This document shows, piece by piece, positions 61,540 through 64,000 of a stretch of DNA of 64,000 nucleotides; position 1 is the first letter of the stretch; every line of letters begins with the position of its first letter. The translations under genes and the position numbers were made by a program. The notes under the pieces are model-generated. The model ran no database searches and had not been told where the DNA came from. It saw only the letters and a program-made list of their open reading frames with translations. Source of the stretch: Amoebophrya sp. A120 (lineage: Eukaryota > Protista > Dinoflagellata); the NCBI GenBank assembly GCA_905178155.1, contig CAJINV010000014.1:1891888-1955887 (forward strand), read 5' to 3'.

Positions 61540-62073
61540 TTACAGTTTTTTCACAATGTCGCTTGATATCTGTATCAAAAAGAATGCTCGTTTCGGCGGT
61601 ATGACTTTGAAATTCACTACTACTTTTGGGTAAGTACTTTTGCGTCGCTGTGTTGATCGTGTCGAAGTCAAACAAATAAAGGAAATAAAGCAAATAAACA
61701 CCATACCTGACTTGCAACAGGAACACCGATACAAATCCTCAACTAGATCGTTGTCAAAATCAAACAAAAACATTTCAAGCGATCCAATTTGTGAAGATCC
61801 GGAGCGATTTTTCGCATCATCATTCACATTCACATAGCATCCGGAATTCAAGAGACAAGATCTTTGTATTTCATTGTTGAAAACAGGATAGATTCTTTTT
61901 TTGACAAGTTCAGAAATACAGGAGCGCTGGGTCGTTTCTTTGGATCGAAAACGGATCATGCAGAAAAGAGCTACAATTTGTTGCAGATCTATAATTTTGA
62001 TTCGGGATTCCAAGCGATGAATGAGTGATTTTTTGCGCTTGCGGTGGTCGTGGTCGTGGACTAAATTTGCCAC
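61540..62073 (-). CDS. Possible hypothetical protein exon
   Basis: 177-aa AT-rich ORF on the gene strand; structure unresolved. Confidence 0.3.
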   Translation of the reverse strand: MANLVHDHDHRKRKKSLIHRLESRIKIIDLQQIVALFCMIRFRSKETTQRSCISELVKKRIYPVFNNEIQRSCLLNSGCYVNVNDDAKNRSGSSQIGSLEMFLFDFDNDLVEDLYRCSCCKSGMVFICFISFICLTSTRSTQRRKSTYPKVVVNFKVIPPKRAFFLIQISSDIVKKL

Positions 62074-62986
62074 GACTCACAACACTTTGTTTTCACGGAA
62101 CACAAACAGAGAACTTACTTGCGCTTGGTCTTTTATGTGATTTTGGTCGTCATTCATCTTGGTTCGGCTAGCGGAAGCGGAATTAATACAACTACGAAGA
62201 CCATACAGGCTCTACAATCAATGTTGATCATTTTTGACTGACGAGTCCTGTGCGGCAAAAAACCACGACCACGACCACCTCTCCGCCGGCTCAGACGCAA
62301 GCATTGTTTTTTTTCTCTGTAGTGGCTGTTAGGTAAAAAAAACGCTTTTTGTAATTGTAGTCGCGCTGCTTTTCATTTTTCCAGCGCGACGCAAAAACTC
62401 GCCCGAGCAGCGCATAGGTATTTCGTGTGCTTATTCCCGCACCGTGCGATCAGGCTCGCAGTGCACATTCCAAACCCGTCGCGATCCTCGTCCTCCGCGT
62501 TGATGATGATGTTGGCAGTGTGCCCTTTAGCGGACTGCTGCGTGCTACTCCCTCCTCCAGCCCGAGAGCAGCTGAACGCCGATCCTCTATGACGAACAGT
62601 TGATCTATACCATAAGGGCGCGGCTGTTATGAGGCTAGGTTTTTTTCGGACTTGGGTGTGGGCCTCACACTCACACACGTCGTTCAGGGGGGACCAAAAA
62701 CGCACACACTGTAGCACTCTGCATTAGTGTAGGGCGAATCTGATCAGCGACCGAGCCGAGGCTATCAGCCTTGTTTTTTAGGTCCGGCGCAGGGAGTACT
62801 TAAACTCCACAACGGCTCGGTCACTGTAGCTCGAGCACCGGACCCACTGCGTATTCCATGACGCAGCGCATACATTTCCCAGTATTAAAAATAAAAACTT
62901 TTTGAAAAAATCTTCACAAACTCGCCCTTCAGCAGAACTTTCCTCCGACGAGGATTGATTCTCTGCTTGCGAATAGGTCTACTTTT

Positions 62987-63828
62987 TCACAGGAGGAATA
63001 ATCCCGAACCGGAAGCGCCAATTTGTCCCTTTGCCAATTGTTTGTACATCCGGGTGATATCTGCTTGCTCCAGGTTAATGTCAACAAAACTCTGAGTACT
63101 AGTATCGTCTTCATCTTCATCGTCCTCCATATCCGTTTCCCCCTCGTCGGTAATCTCCTGCAGCTTCTCCTCCAAAACCTTTTCACAACCGCTTAAATCG
63201 ATCAGCTCCTGTTGGAAAAATTCCAAACTCACCGGGTTGTGGGCCCTGAAAATGTTGACCTCCGGCTTCTTGAACGGAATATGGAAGCGTCAGGATTGAA
63301 ATCCTCAAAGTTCAAATAATTTCTCATGCAGAAATTGCAAGGCATGAAGTGCCTCTCTTGCAGGGATTGCAAATGAGGCCGATTGTGAGCCTGTTTCGGG
63401 TTTGGAATAGAGCTGCCAAAGTAGCATGACAAAGGGCGCCTTCTGTCCCTAAACAGCATGACAGACTGGCTTTAGACGGTGCCGAAATTTGTCATGCGCC
63501 GCTGGGAAATTGGGCTTCCAGCTGGTATCCGTATCGCTTTTATGCATTACAAATAATTTCAACTTTGACGATTTCAATCCTGACGCTTCCATACGGAATG
63601 CCCCACTCGTAGTAGACGTCGTCGAAAGAGAGTTTGTCATCTTCGTCGTCTTGTAAAGCTACCTTCCACGGCTCCGGCATGAGTGCGAGGATAAGCTCTG
63701 AAGTGTTGGCAGAAGTTGAGGTCGTTTTCTTGTCGATGTAGTCCGCGGTGAGAATCTCAGCGAGCGTGTAGGAGTTTTGCTTCTGCGGCTTGGTCGTCGT
63801 CGGTGCTGCAGTATCGATAAAGTTCTTC
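62987..63828 (-). CDS. Hypothetical acidic protein, 3' part (5' end probably off window)
   Basis: Open frame KNFIDTAAP...YYEWGIP|FKKPEV...GLFLL* after removing introner 63280-63593. Confidence 0.7.
63280..63593. mobile_element. Introner, family F4 (diverged copy)
   Basis: tatggaagcgtcaggattgaaatc / gatttcaatcctgacgcttccata; DR cggaa. Confidence 0.92.
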
Positions 63829-64000
63829 TACTTTTTGAAGTGAAAGCAAATGCACAGCACTACAGGAACAGGATTGAGTTTGGACACGACAAAAATTCTC
63901 TGACTATATTACAGCTGCTTGTCGTTGTCGAGAGACGAAGCCATAGTATTAACTTACACAAGAAGACATATACGGCACCGGTTCTTGCACACATAGATTA

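Noticed and set aside
1-64000. Autonomous transposase, spliced-leader relic, tRNA or rRNA genes
   Set aside because: None recognised by eye; this was not an exhaustive search and needs HMM/Infernal confirmation

Overview
Eukaryotic, gene-dense DNA in which every credible gene (about 14) lies on the minus strand. The most likely source is a syndinean dinoflagellate such as Amoebophrya; this is inferred from gene co-orientation and non-canonical IR/DR introns, not from a database match. The dominant feature is an invasive non-canonical intron (introner) system. There are 22 clearly delimited elements of 145-547 nt plus 2 degenerate or partial ones, in at least 8 terminal-inverted-repeat (TIR) families. 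All start TAT(C/G), end with ATA, and are flanked by a 5-bp direct repeat (DR). All sit inside coding exons, and removing element + one DR copy restored the reading frame at all 22 junctions when translated by hand. Three families occur in both orientations relative to transcription, the families share an internal GCAT(G/C/T)ACAAA motif, and one family shows swapped TIR variants around a co-oriented core. Canonical GT-AG introns coexist in the same genes. Reconstructed genes include a Ser/Thr kinase, an ABCG transporter (8 introners), NADH-cytochrome b5 reductase (with a 3.85-kb repeat-filled intron), a split RING-H2 protein, an Aurora kinase with a 1-nt frameshift, glutamine synthetase II, a divergent RNase III-like protein, a large GHKL-ATPase-like protein, a 3-RRM Gbp2/hnRNP-M-like protein and a possible TFIIF-alpha. 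A 1-kb SINE/LINE-like insert with a perfect 15-bp target-site duplication (TSD) and several GC-rich, A-tract repeat islands are also present. No transposase, rRNA, tRNA or CRISPR was recognised. Coordinates were counted by eye, and splice points inside a DR are inherently ambiguous.
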